A stretch of 63,989 nt of DNA, filler included, from Licmophora abbreviata (lineage: Eukaryota): assembly GCA_900291995.1 (NCBI GenBank). It is 9 parts of 9 records of this genome, joined end to end, with 100 filler letters (N's around TTAATTAATTAA, not from the genome) between each part and the next. Parts side by side here need not be neighbours in the genome. Positions count along the whole stretch, not along the records: positions 1 to 3,309 come from OLMU01004656.1; positions 3,410 to 15,877 come from OLMU01004657.1; 7 more parts are not named here. One strand, given 5' to 3'. The position numbers and the translations under genes are program-made. Shown one piece after another: positions 1 to 9,009 of this stretch (position 1 is the first letter of the stretch; every line of letters begins with the position of its first letter). Under the pieces are notes generated by a model that was not told the DNA's origin, searched no databases, and saw only the letters and a program-made list of their open reading frames with translations.

Positions 1-195
1 GGAATCGGGGCCGCCAAAGCCAAGGCAGCTAGAAACGCCCGAAAGGCTGCTCTAGTGGGCTTCGACAAGTCCAGCAAGGCGAAGGTATCGAACACGGGTA
101 GTGACATCCCGATGAACCGTGTATGCAAGTTCAAGTATCAGAGGGGGTTCACGCAAGCCGTTCGCACTCCATGCATGATACAGGATCTTGTCTGA
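1..195 (+). CDS. CTF18: 3' end of chromosome transmission fidelity protein 18 (alternative RFC clamp loader subunit), 5'-truncated by the window
   Basis: Frame 1 is open from base 1 to TGA at 193-195 and ends ...CKFKYQRGFTQAVRTPCMIQDLV*. This resembles the conserved Ctf18 C-terminal motif (F/Y-x-E-G-F-S-N-A-V-R-x-P...DLL). Confidence 0.7.
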   Translation, partial: GIGAAKAKAARNARKAALVGFDKSSKAKVSNTGSDIPMNRVCKFKYQRGFTQAVRTPCMIQDLV

Positions 196-257
196 AGTCG
201 TTAAATCACTTACGAATATAATGGGTAGCAAAAAAGAGTTATGTAGTCAAAGTATCG

Positions 258-1247
258 TCAACCATTAGCAGCATCGCTATTCGAATTCAATACGACGGCA
301 AATCGATTTCGAAGTTTCTTCCCTCCCTTTTTGAATATAGTTCGTTTTGTCCACTTCGGATCGGTCGTGCGAGATTCGTCCTCGGTTTCTGGTCTCCTTA
401 GTACATAGAAAGCCACTTTAGGCGATTCCTTCGATTCTTCTACATCGAAACCGATGCCACCTCGAGAAGACAACAGTTGTCGAAAGTGACCCGGCGTCGT
501 GTACGGGGACTGATTTAGGCAGAGTCGGGGAAGCGTAAGGAAGCAGAGCCCGCCCGGTCTCAATTGTTGATATATGCGAGTCAGCATAAGCCCACGATCC
601 TCAGCTATCGTGACACAGTTGATCACCATGGAGCAGACGATAGCATCGTATTTGCTACAAGGGTCAATCGGAAGCGTAAGAAAGTCAGCCTCCTCGATTC
701 CTAGATGCGTGGAATGAAGGTCTATTGCTCGAACGTCCATTCGGTACTTTGGCACCTGCAGTAAAGATGAACCATGCGCACTGGAGCCATCAGACTTCTC
801 ATTGGGTTGCACATGGATGCGTCTCGTTTCTTTTGCTGCATCCAGCAGCTCGGTGTTGATAGCTCCCACTTCAAGCAATCTCATTTTCCGTCGATCGGAA
901 GCTCGTCGTTGCTGATTCTTCCCTGAAGCGGCAGTGCTTTCCTTTTCTTGCGGTATTCCATAAAGCCATCCACATCGTGCCAGATACCCAAGCGCCCATT
1001 TGCTCGTCGAGTGAAACTTTGTGCTCAGCTGACTGGCGCGCTGGTACTCTTGCCGTCCTCCTATGGCATGAATCTGTTGATTCAGCTCTTCGACTCGGTC
1101 CGTGTCGTCGTTTCTAATCGCTTCGTCACGCTCGCGCGTGTACTTGTGAAATAGTGTCGTCACAACCCTTGCTTTCTTTCGTGACTTCATGGAAGGAGGT
1201 GGAGCCAGCGGAATGGCCTTTCGCTTGGATCGACTCTTTTTCGTCAT
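258..1247 (-). CDS. BMT2: 25S rRNA adenine-N1 methyltransferase, Bmt2 family
   Basis: Motifs GGRQEYQRASQ, STSKW, LLEVGA (SAM motif I), IDL..IEEADFL, IVCSMVINCV..RG.ML, and LPRLCL. Confidence 0.85.
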   Translation of the reverse strand: MTKKSRSKRKAIPLAPPPSMKSRKKARVVTTLFHKYTRERDEAIRNDDTDRVEELNQQIHAIGGRQEYQRASQLSTKFHSTSKWALGYLARCGWLYGIPQEKESTAASGKNQQRRASDRRKMRLLEVGAINTELLDAAKETRRIHVQPNEKSDGSSAHGSSLLQVPKYRMDVRAIDLHSTHLGIEEADFLTLPIDPCSKYDAIVCSMVINCVTIAEDRGLMLTRIYQQLRPGGLCFLTLPRLCLNQSPYTTPGHFRQLLSSRGGIGFDVEESKESPKVAFYVLRRPETEDESRTTDPKWTKRTIFKKGGKKLRNRFAVVLNSNSDAANG

Positions 1248-1479
1248 GGTCGTGTTGTGATGGAATGTGGCTCGATGTCTCGACGTAGATTCTACGGGAC
1301 GACGAGTAGACCTTCATACCAGGGCATGAGCTACGGATGACGGCCAGATTTCGAGAGTCGAGTCGAGTCTCGCGAGCCCGGCGTCTTTGGACCATGGAGT
1401 TTGGTGTGTGTTGTTGTGTTGTCGATGACCTTGATGATTGCTTCAACGACGTCTGTACTGTTCGAATAGCCTGCTCGCT

Positions 1480-2424
1480 ATGAACGCGTCGTCGGAGTCC
1501 TCCATGGACAGGGTGGAAGATCTCTGCCATGCATTTTCCAAGACGCTTTCCTCTCTCGCGTCTGACGCCTCAGCATTGCGAGAGCTCTCCCACTTGAAGG
1601 TGGCTTGTGGCCCTGCGGACGACTGCGGAACGGACCCGACTGAGAATGCGAATCCCAATCAAGTTGCATCCACTCTTTATGATGTGGACGGTGCTGTGAC
1701 GGCGTTGGAAAGAAAAGTCCGCACGCTCACGGAAATTGTCGCCGAAGAGGGACGCTCTCTGGATGACCTGGAGAAAATGCATGCGGCGGCTCAAGCGCAA
1801 GGCAAGGTGTTGGACAGTATGCTGGAATCATGTCAAGAGCTCAGACAAGAAAGAGAAGTGCGCGATGTGAATGCACCTTTCGAGAGGCGAACATTGGTAA
1901 ATGAGCTGCACGCCGACAGAGTCTCGGAACGCCGCGCTCTGCCGTCTCCAAGCATATCTCGGGAAACGCCTGTAGTTTCGACCGAGTCCTTCGCCGTGTC
2001 GACACCCGTCTCAAGCAAGACTCCGGCAAAACGTCGTGATTCGATAGATCCTCGGCGCCCTTTGACGGGCACCGATCACAGATTGCACCACTTTCGGCCT
2101 GTCGACGAGGTGGAGTTGTCAGCCGTGTCCCGCACCATTCGTGGTCGAATCACGTTGGCAGTCGTCAATGACGCGCTCTTAGACATTGAACGAGTGTGTC
2201 TCAAACAGAAAGACATATCCGTGTTGTCACGAGGGTTGCCATCTTCAAGGGAAGGCATCGAGTCATGGGCTGCAACCGAGCAGGACTTGCGGCAATCATG
2301 CGCCTTCTTTCGCAGCGGCGAGAGCACGGCTCGTGCCATTCTACTTCTACTCCGCACCCTCAAGCGGCTCAAACAGATTCCTGGAAGACATTCGGAAGTG
2401 AACTATGTCCTATCTGGGAAATAA
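1480..2424 (+). CDS. SKA1: Spindle and kinetochore-associated protein 1-like
   Basis: N-terminal coiled coil plus a C-terminal domain (VDEVELSAVSRTIRGRITLAVVNDAL...ARAILLLLRTLKRLKQIPG...NYVL) matching the SKA1 microtubule-binding domain. First ATG is at 1480. Confidence 0.75.
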   Translation: MNASSESSMDRVEDLCHAFSKTLSSLASDASALRELSHLKVACGPADDCGTDPTENANPNQVASTLYDVDGAVTALERKVRTLTEIVAEEGRSLDDLEKMHAAAQAQGKVLDSMLESCQELRQEREVRDVNAPFERRTLVNELHADRVSERRALPSPSISRETPVVSTESFAVSTPVSSKTPAKRRDSIDPRRPLTGTDHRLHHFRPVDEVELSAVSRTIRGRITLAVVNDALLDIERVCLKQKDISVLSRGLPSSREGIESWAATEQDLRQSCAFFRSGESTARAILLLLRTLKRLKQIPGRHSEVNYVLSGK

Positions 2425-2562
2425 GATTGCGTTTTACTAGAGATGTCTTGCCATCCTCGTGTCTTTGCGAATCATGGATTGAGTGCGGGTGAACAGTACG
2501 GGTTACGATCATCGCGTGGCGACTGCCCGTGGTGTTTCATCTATGTTATTACAATGCTATCT

Positions 2563-3132
2563 CTATGCCTCCTTCTGCCTAGAAGCTTCAAACTCGGCAA
2601 TGCGTTTCGCTTGTGCACCCACTTTGAGATGATCCAATTTGAATGCGGCACAGGTCATGCCGTCGAAAGCCATTGGTTGTCTCTTTTCGAGCTCGTCTTC
2701 AGCAAAGTAATGCACAAAGGAGCCTCCTGCACGTGAATCTTGTTCATTTCCAGAAAACTCCACTCGCACTGCCATACCAGGGTCGACTTGTTCGGCGCAG
2801 CAGCACGTCGGGTCCACTTCGCACTTTGACCATGTGTGGACGACTACACCGACCCGTCCTTTCAAGTTCCAGCTCGCTTTAAAGACGTCGTCTACCACCT
2901 CGACTGTATCGTCTTTCGTGAACCAATAAGCACTGGAGACATCCCGCATCGAGAGCTTCTGACGTGGATTGCGGCATGATGCAGTATCTGTTCTTTTCGC
3001 AGCCCTGACTTGATGGCTATTACTTCTGTGTTGCCGTGATGCCAAGCAAGAATTCCGTTGCGACGTAAACGCGAGCGCGGAGCAACGCTCCACAAGAGCG
3101 ATAAGGATGACAAATAATGATAGACTCTTCAT
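2563..3132 (-). CDS. Plastid-targeted ferredoxin-thioredoxin reductase variable-chain-like (SH3-type) protein
   Basis: Signal peptide MKSLSLFVILIALVERCSALA|F (ASAF-type) followed by a basic transit peptide. Core DTVEV...LKGRVGVV...VRVEF...FVHYFAEDELE resembles the FTR variable subunit. Confidence 0.6.
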   Translation of the reverse strand: MKSLSLFVILIALVERCSALAFTSQRNSCLASRQHRSNSHQVRAAKRTDTASCRNPRQKLSMRDVSSAYWFTKDDTVEVVDDVFKASWNLKGRVGVVVHTWSKCEVDPTCCCAEQVDPGMAVRVEFSGNEQDSRAGGSFVHYFAEDELEKRQPMAFDGMTCAAFKLDHLKVGAQAKRIAEFEASRQKEA

Positions 3133-3309
3133 GGAACAATGGTACGAAAGCAAAAAGTGCTCGCTGTCTCTCGTCTCCTTGTGGTCTCATCATCACCGTC
3201 ATGTGTCATGTCGCGCCGACGGCTCTTTCAATTCTGGGTTTTTCGGAGCGCGAGACCTCATTTTGCTGCGTAGAATGCTACGTGTCATCCTTGGTATCAA
3301 AGGCCCAAT

Positions 3310-3409
3310 NNNNNNNNNNNNNNNNNNNNNNNNNNNNNNNNNNNNNNNNNNNNTTAATTAATTAANNNNNNNNNNNNNNNNNNNNNNNNNNNNNNNNNNN
3401 NNNNNNNNN
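3310..3409. other. Artificial scaffold gap linker (first of 8; others at 15878-15977, 20918-21017, 24082-24181, 48107-48206, 51427-51526, 59770-59869, 62884-62983)
   Basis: Each is 100 bp of N with a central TTAATTAATTAA, which gives stop codons in all six frames. Confidence 0.98.
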
Positions 3410-4693
3410 AAATTCTGTCATCGGCGACCTCATGTCGTCACTCGGAAGGTTCAAGAACCTGAACTTGATCAAGAGGTAAGAATACAATACCCCAGTGCTC
3501 TCGAGCTTGAATATATACACCATCGTCAATCCCTCATTGCCGTATGTCTGAGCGCTTTCAGTTGATCATGAGGCAGGCTCTGCCGTTCCTTGACGACCTA
3601 GGTATCAGTTTCATGCTGTCACTCCTTTCGTCTGATCCTAACGAACGCATCTCTGCTGCTGAGGCGCTCAACCATCCCTTCTTGAACATTGAAACGACCA
3701 ACGCTGAAATAGCGCCATTGTCACCGAGTCGCCCTTCGTCGCCCACATGCCCCCGCACTGCACAACTCCGACATCTACTGGCCTTGGAAAAGATCGTACT
3801 GCCTGTGAATCTGGATCAAAGACGTATACAGATGGACCACTGGGCGAGACTTTACGACTGGATCGTAGAAATAGTGGAGGTATTTGATTTGCACCAGCGG
3901 TGCGCTTTCCGGGCGATGTATTTCTTTGATGCGTTCTTGTCCAGCACCAGAGTAAGTTCCCATCTGCTCAATTGCTGTCATTCTTAGTCACCTATCATAT
4001 CTGACTCGCTTGGCTGGTGTCATAAATCTTTCGCTACAGAGTCCCATCAAGCAAAAAAGATACCAACTCATTGCTGGAACTTGTCTCCGACTTGCCTCTC
4101 TCTTGGAAGAAATCCAGCTCACCGAAGAATCTCTCGTGAAATGTGCTGACTACACGTTTGATGAGACCGATGTGCAAAATGTCGAACCTGTGATCCTGGG
4201 AAAGCTTACTTCGCGGATGCTGGCCCAACCTACGGTCTTCGATTTCGTTCTCAGTTACTTGTGCATGATCGAAGCGAGACTTGAGTACCAATGGATGACT
4301 CTGTACGTGTCCGAGCTTGCGATGCAAAGTCAGATGCTTCGATTCCACTCTCCATCTCTTATTGCAGCAAGCGTTATGGCACTGGCTCGAGTTGCTTTGA
4401 GACAGCATTCTGTGGACGACGACGACGACTCTCCCACCCGCCCGGACGATGTGTGGCCAGAGTGCCTGGAGGCGGCGACCAGATACACTTGGGGCGATGT
4501 GGGACCGTGCGTTGTGAGACTTTCCGATGAAATTGAAACTGTAGGGTCGACTATGCCGGATCTTCGAATGGTGATACGCAAGTTCCGACGACGAATCAGG
4601 TGCAATGTGTCTCGCATTCGAATCCCACGGATTACCCCGGTCATGATGGTGCGAATGCAATCGTTAACGTCAAGACCTAAACTTATCACGTAG
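3410..4693 (+). CDS. Protein kinase (CDK-like) C-terminal subdomains fused to a cyclin. 5' end lies in or before the gap. Exons <3410-3475, 3562-3951, 4040-4693.
   Basis: LDDLGISFMLSLLSSDPNERISAAEALNHPFL (kinase subdomain XI) is in the same exon as the cyclin box start LYDWIVEIVEVFDL..AFRAMYFFDAFLS. After a phase-0 GT-AG intron (3952-4039) come YQLIAGTCLRLAS..EE, PTVFDF and PSLIAAS (cyclin N and C folds). Confidence 0.8.
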
Positions 4694-4706
4694 TTCTCTC
4701 CAACTC

Positions 4707-5732
4707 TCATTGATCAAACACCCTCGTTGACTGGCAAAGAGTTACACCAGCGCTTTGCATGTCAATCTGGAACGTCTCGCCATCCTTCTCGAAACCAGGA
4801 ACTGCGGACCCGCAGTCGGTCAACAATGATATCCTATCCGCCTCGGCTTTCGGCCACCTTTCTACAATGTCTCTGAGCGTGTAGTTAACACAATGGCTCC
4901 TGAAGGCGAGAGAATGAGTTGAAGACCTCGACATGAGCGACACGTATACACGAATCGAGCTACGAGTGAAAACGAACAAGCAATCGAAAACTTACATTGC
5001 CTGACCGCAAACGAGTAGACGATCACAAAAGAGCAAGTCGTCCATGAACTCCTGGTTAAAGTCCGTCGATGAACAAAGCGGTACCTCCGCCTGAAGTGCT
5101 GAGTACGCCTCCGTAAGGAGACTCTGGCCCTTGAAGATCCACTCGATACTGCCTCCTGTCTTTGCAGCCCAGTCGTCCATGGCTTCGCGGACTTCATCGA
5201 CGACGCAGTGGCCGAGGTGCCCAATCAAACAGTGCTCTGGCCATATACAAAGCTTGAATCGCCCACGTTGCTCCAACTGGCGCGTATACTCCATACAGTA
5301 CATTTTGAGATCAAACTCATTGTCCTCATTGACCACGCGATCGAGGCCAGTAAAGACATCTGGATCCAACAAGTCTTCATTGAACGGGAGTTTCAAATCA
5401 GTTCGTGGAAGCCACTTTCCCGTCTTTATGTCTTCCGTCGTAATGATAGTAAATGGTTCTGGATGTCTTTGTTCTGCACCTCCTGAATACCAGAAACAAG
5501 GATGAGCAATGTCTAGCTTGTGATGAGAATCCAGTGTCGCAACAATGCGATCAATTCTGTGTCCTTGAGTTCGGATCAGCTCTGCAATTCGCGCGGCGTC
5601 TTGATCAGCCGACGGAATCGCCAAACTCCCACCGGGATGAAAGTCTCTCTGGACGTCCACCAGCAGCAACGTCGTCCCGCGCCCTGAACTTTCTTGCGAC
5701 GGCGACATGGGGATGCTTGCGCTGTTTACCAT
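4707..5732 (-). CDS. Nicotinamidase/isochorismatase-family cysteine hydrolase, intron 4900-4995
   Basis: Motifs LLLVDVQRDFHPGGSLAI, ATLDSH, WPEHC, KG, and GQAM|SHCV (catalytic Cys), which is restored by splicing. Confidence 0.85.
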
Positions 5733-5865
5733 GGAGGACTTTGTCAGAGAATTGTAATCTTTTTGGGAGTTTTGCGGGAATATCAGGATACCACTCGTGC
5801 GTGGATTTTGTACTGACCTCTACGTGCCGCTCCGAATTCTGAATTGACGACGCCGCACTTTTCTA

Positions 5866-7167
5866 ATGAGGCGACACGCGACCACACCGCGATCACATTT
5901 TGCGTTTGACTATCGCCGTCAACACAACTTACGCGCTTCACATCGCTGGCTCTGCATCTTGTTACTATTAGCATTGATACCACCACAGATAGAAAGCCTC
6001 GCAATGCCTGGTCGAAGAAAAAAGGGAGATTCGTCCGAGGAAGAAAGTGAATGGGAGCACGACGACAGCGCCGCCGAATCGGACGACGATGTCTCTGTTG
6101 TGGATTCGGAGGACAGCAACGACGAGGCGTTCGAGCAAGAAGAGGAAGAAGAAGACTATAAGAAACAGCGTCCCCCAAAACCCCGGAAAAAGCAGTCGGC
6201 AAAGAAATCAAAGCGCAAGCCCCTCGTGCAGCAGAGTAGTGACGAGGAGGCTGACTTTGAGCCGACACATACACGGCTGACCGCACGAGGAGGGTACAGT
6301 CATACTCGCAAGAGCAAGTCTCGCATTTCACGTGCAAATCAAGGAAATACACCATGGAACAAAGGTAAGAATAGAAGTATGGCGGTCCGCGCCAAGATTT
6401 CTGCCGGAGTACGTGCCAGGAACAGATCGATTTTGCTCAAGAAACTTGGGAAGCTGGGCATGTCAGAAGAAGAATACAACGAGAAACGAAAACAGATTAG
6501 GTTGGTAAGGGAGCGACTACGAATAACGAAGCTGCAAAAAACAAAAAGAAATCCTGGTCCGAAACCTGTCGCTGTATCGGACGATGCGACGGCGGAAGCC
6601 AAGGGCCAAGGGGACTCAGAGAACTCGCCGAACGACGTGGCTTCGACTCAGCAGGCTAGCGACGACGATTCTATTGAAGAACCATTTGTGGACTCAAGAG
6701 CGCCTGCGCTGCCATCTCAGTCCCCAACGACGGAGATTCCATCGATTTTTGCCCCAGAAATCGAATGGACACGTCATGAGTATGATAACAACAAAGACGG
6801 CGCGTACAAGAAGGCTTGCCCAACTGGCGGCCCCGGCGGCCTCATTTGCTGCCAGGTGTGCATGAAATCGTATTCACAGTACTTGTGTCAGGCTACACGT
6901 GATATGGAAAAGTGCCGCACAGAGAATGCGCGAAAAGAGGTGACAGAACTTCTTGCATTCGCCAGAGAGTCTCGGGTAACGCTACAGAAGCATGTCAGAC
7001 TCGCAAGGCGGCAGCCTCCGCCGCCCATTGATACCCAGGGTGGTGCGACCCGTGTTGTCTCTTCCAAGAAATCTTCAAGGAAAGCTGGGAGTGCTGCCGC
7101 TCCGCTCTCATGGAACGCGACCAGCAGTATTGATATTGGTGCTCTGGGACCCTCTATGCGCATTTAG
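5866..7167 (+). CDS. Signal-peptide protein with acidic tract, NUMOD3-type DNA-binding motifs and a Cys cluster
   Basis: Hydrophobic leader WLCILLLLALIP; motifs HTRKSKSRISRANQG and PWNKGKNRSMAVRAKISAG; Cys cluster CPTGGPGGLICCQVC. Confidence 0.65.
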   Translation: MRRHATTPRSHFAFDYRRQHNLRASHRWLCILLLLALIPPQIESLAMPGRRKKGDSSEEESEWEHDDSAAESDDDVSVVDSEDSNDEAFEQEEEEEDYKKQRPPKPRKKQSAKKSKRKPLVQQSSDEEADFEPTHTRLTARGGYSHTRKSKSRISRANQGNTPWNKGKNRSMAVRAKISAGVRARNRSILLKKLGKLGMSEEEYNEKRKQIRLVRERLRITKLQKTKRNPGPKPVAVSDDATAEAKGQGDSENSPNDVASTQQASDDDSIEEPFVDSRAPALPSQSPTTEIPSIFAPEIEWTRHEYDNNKDGAYKKACPTGGPGGLICCQVCMKSYSQYLCQATRDMEKCRTENARKEVTELLAFARESRVTLQKHVRLARRQPPPPIDTQGGATRVVSSKKSSRKAGSAAAPLSWNATSSIDIGALGPSMRI

Positions 7168-7699
7168 GTTTGTGATGTTCGACTGTTTTCTCGCTTCTGA
7201 AAGACTTATTCTCGTCGGAAGAACGGATGAAACCATCGTTGCGAAAAGCCGGACCAATGTGGATTCGCATTGCATGACAGTCACTCGGAAAGCAACGCGT
7301 AGACCTCATAACTCAACATTTCGCAGGAGTCACGACCACTCATACTTGTGTCCAACTGTCGTACCGGTAGTTTGGCTACGCCAAGAACAGCAACTCTGCC
7401 ATCAAAGGACTCGCATACAGTCATTGCGATATCACACTCGTCACGCATTCAGTCGACGTAGACCTGTAACAAGTACGATCTTAGATGCTTTGTATGATAC
7501 GTATCGAGATTGTGCTACACTGCGCGGGCACTGAAACCATACCTTTTCTCATCCGGGTTCGCCTCCGAATTTTGAGGGCGTACGATTTCGAAGTCGTGAT
7601 AGCAACACGCCTCCTTGACCTGCTGATGGGTTCAGGGGTGTAGAGAATCGACATACAGTCGACCACCTCCTTTCCACCACCGGCCTTCTTTATAAGAGG

Positions 7700-8554
7700 A
7701 TGACGGCCTCAACCGTTTTGACCGTCAAGATTCGTGGCATGGATTGCCATGTGACGGCATGGAGCGCCAGTCCATCTGCGAAACCTCGTGCTGCCGTCGT
7801 CGTCTACCACGGCTTCCTCGCTCATGGAAATTATCCAACAGTTCGTTATGCTGCTGAACTGCTTGCCGCGAACGGATATGCTGTTCTTGGTGCGGATATG
7901 CCCGGTCACGGACGCTCCCCGGGGCTTCGGGGCTATCTCTCCAGTTCAGAGAAGCTCATTCAAGATGGAATCGCGATTGCCAAATATGCCAAAGAGTCGA
8001 AGCCTGACATACCGCTGTTTTTGTTGGGATCCAGTATGGGTGGAACTATTGCCTTGTCGGTAGCCAGAGAGGTTGGTGATATGATTTCTGGGGTTGTCTT
8101 GCTGGCTCCCATGTTGAAGATCAGTGTCTCGGATCCCGCGAGGTATTTGTTGCGTGCATTGACGTTTGTCGTTCCGACGCTGTCTGCGATTCCCAGCTCA
8201 GCTACGTCCGCAGATAAGCAGTATCGTGATCCAGAGAAACGTAAAGAGTGTGAGCAGGATGAACTGTCGGTGTCTGGCGCTCATCTTCGTGTGGCATCGG
8301 CATCGACTTGCGTTGAGTTGGCGAAGCAGATCCAAACTGATTTTTCTAGCATCGATTTTCCATTTCTCTGTATGATTGGCAACGAGGACGTGGTGGTCAA
8401 CAACGAGGGATCATTTGCCTTAGTGGAAGAGGCGAAATCTCTTGACAAGACCTTGAAAAGCTACGATGCGTTACATGGGCTCCTGTGTGAGCCGTCACCG
8501 CTGGTGGATGAAATCCAGAACGACATGCTATGTTGGCTCAACGAGAGAGCATAG
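7700..8554 (+). CDS. Alpha/beta hydrolase, monoacylglycerol lipase / lysophospholipase (Hydrolase_4)
   Basis: Motifs YHGF, DMPGHGRSPG, nucleophile GSSMGG, D in EDVVV and H in ALHGLL. Confidence 0.9.
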   Translation: MTASTVLTVKIRGMDCHVTAWSASPSAKPRAAVVVYHGFLAHGNYPTVRYAAELLAANGYAVLGADMPGHGRSPGLRGYLSSSEKLIQDGIAIAKYAKESKPDIPLFLLGSSMGGTIALSVAREVGDMISGVVLLAPMLKISVSDPARYLLRALTFVVPTLSAIPSSATSADKQYRDPEKRKECEQDELSVSGAHLRVASASTCVELAKQIQTDFSSIDFPFLCMIGNEDVVVNNEGSFALVEEAKSLDKTLKSYDALHGLLCEPSPLVDEIQNDMLCWLNERA

Positions 8555-9009
8555 AAATAATTTGGGCGGGAGCCCTGATGCTCAGGAATAGGCACCGTAG
8601 TATTGCATTAGCAACGCTGGCCTTTACGTACCCGGTAAAGGACAAGACAGGCCTATGCGAAAATAATCGAGCCTCCATGAGATGAGAGCTATTTTTGCAG
8701 CGACGAAAAGATTATTTTCGATAGAGCTCGAAACTTTAATTTTCCTGTTCAGCAACGATGAGAGCATATGTAGGGGGAACCGATATAAATACATGAGGAA
8801 GATTTAGGTGACCTCATCCGTTGAGGCTTCCCGCAAAACGCTCCAAACGAGGTCACACAATTGCGACACCACATAGGGTACACAACAAGAGAGAGAAAAA
8901 GGTAATCGCGGTGCCTCATCACCTCTACTCACTCGAGCCCTGAATCGAAAAGATAATACGCCTACTCTGTCGAACCTCTTATCTTTAGGAAAAAAGTACG
9001 GCAACGAAA

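Noticed and set aside
2983..2996. AGTATCTGTTCTT, resembling part of U2 snRNA
   Set aside because: Only about 13 nt, inside a coding sequence, with no flanking U2 similarity.
3354..3365. Palindromic TTAATTAATTAA recurring eight times
   Set aside because: It is always centred in 100-bp N runs, so it is an artificial six-frame-stop linker and not biological.
4034..4710. Long antisense or overlapping ORFs (e.g. 4034-4660, 5783-6355, 50673-51215, 62287-62880)
   Set aside because: They are shadows of real genes at about 50% GC and show no recognisable motifs.
4707..5732. Bacterial contamination suggested by bacterial-like enzymes
   Set aside because: The nicotinamidase has a spliceosomal intron and shares a contig with clearly eukaryotic genes.
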